NCBI RefSeq assembly: GCF_001462395.1 | Contig: NZ_LNTB01000001.1 | Coordinates: 286,400-318,399 of the forward strand | DNA: 32,000 nt | Direction: 5' to 3' | Source of the DNA: Pyrodictium occultum | Lineage (GTDB): Archaea; Thermoproteota; Thermoprotei_A; Sulfolobales; Pyrodictiaceae | In this document: one piece after another, positions 31,599-32,000 of the stretch | Layout: each line of letters opens with the position of its first letter | How positions within the stretch are numbered: position 1 is the stretch's first letter | The notes under the pieces: model-generated | What the model saw: only the letters and a program-made list of their open reading frames with translations | Databases searched by the model: none | What the model was told of the DNA's origin: nothing | Made by a program: the position numbers and the translations under genes

Positions 31599-32000
31599 TT
31601 GCAGCTGGTCCTGCTCGCGGGCTCGGGCAGCGGCGTGGGGAAGACGCTGCTGGGCACGATGCTCGTGGAGGAGCTTAGGCGCCGGGGGCTGAGGGTGGGG
31701 GTGGTAAAGCACGTCCACCACGGCGTGGACTATAGGGTGAAGGACACTGGCCGCTACCTCGAGGCCGGGGCCTCCAGGGTGGTGGCGGCGGGGCCCGGCG
31801 AGTACATGCTCGTCGAGCCCGCGGCGCTCGGCTTCTGGGACGCCGTCAGGCTCCTCGGGGAGGTCGACGTGGCCGTGGTGGAGGGGTTCCGCCTCCACAT
31901 AGGCGAGGCCGTCTCGAAGGGCGGGTGCGTGGTCTATATAGACGCCTCCAGGGCCGAGCCCCTGGCCAGGGGGAGGCTGGTGGAGGCCTGCCCGGGCTGC
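31599..32000 (+). CDS. mobB: Molybdopterin-guanine dinucleotide biosynthesis adapter protein MobB (partial, runs off the window)
   Basis: TTG start after TAAGGGGG. LLAGSGSGVGKTLL (P-loop), VGVVKHVHHG and KDTGRYLEAGA fit the MobB pattern. It is not in the ORF track because it is open at the window end. Confidence 0.8.
   Translation, partial: MQLVLLAGSGSGVGKTLLGTMLVEELRRRGLRVGVVKHVHHGVDYRVKDTGRYLEAGASRVVAAGPGEYMLVEPAALGFWDAVRLLGEVDVAVVEGFRLHIGEAVSKGGCVVYIDASRAEPLARGRLVEACPGC

Noticed and set aside
1-32000. Search by eye for CRISPR repeats, tRNA/rRNA genes, IS elements and terminal inverted repeats.
   Set aside because: I found no regularly spaced 24-40-nt direct repeats, no cloverleaf-like or rRNA-like segment in any intergenic spacer (all are shorter than 160 nt), and no transposase-like ORF. 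A computational scan (tRNAscan-SE, CRISPR finder) would be needed for certainty.

Overview
Very GC-rich, densely coding archaeal chromosome segment. AGG Arg, ATA Ile and CTA Leu codons, frequent GTG/TTG starts, TATA-like boxes close to start codons and a Sulfolobus-type his gene order point to a hyperthermophilic crenarchaeon (Thermoproteota). The species cannot be named from sequence alone. I can support about 34 protein-coding genes or gene relics. I recognised no rRNA, tRNA, CRISPR array or IS element. Left to right: an amidohydrolase; a NifX-like protein; a divergent DUF1611 / enolase-superfamily epimerase pair; a PduO-like adenosyltransferase; a polyprenol-kinase-like membrane protein; a two-gene archaeal glutamate-synthase-like unit (FMN-domain protein plus a GATase-II::GXGXG fusion); a run of nucleic-acid/defence-flavoured genes (AAA ATPase with DUF234 nuclease-like end, wHTH regulator, MJ0936 phosphodiesterase, SWIM zinc-finger protein, MBL hydrolase); a thiamine/iron-type ABC binding protein and permease with no ATPase; an orphan PIN protein; a decayed glycerophosphodiesterase relic; purP; two uncharacterised genes (one secreted); RNase Z; a his cluster on the minus strand (HTH-PRTase gene, hisG-A-B, two inserted non-his genes, hisF-D-E-H-I); a Tat-signal BMP-family binding protein; an SDH-type Clp-fold protease; and the start of mobB. 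I found no clearly novel multi-gene system. The observations most worth following up are: (1) a 76-codon ORF that I recall as resembling the N-terminus of crenarchaeal Cas6, stranded between rnz and hisI, next to an abrupt strand-composition flip; (2) an HTH-phosphoribosyltransferase regulator-like gene in the position where Sulfolobus has hisC; (3) a HisI with a ~160-aa repeat-containing C-terminal extension; (4) a PD-(D/E)XK-like ORF inserted antisense inside the his cluster; (5) the ATPase/wHTH/phosphoesterase/SWIM/MBL gene run. All functional calls rest on motif recognition by eye, with no database search.
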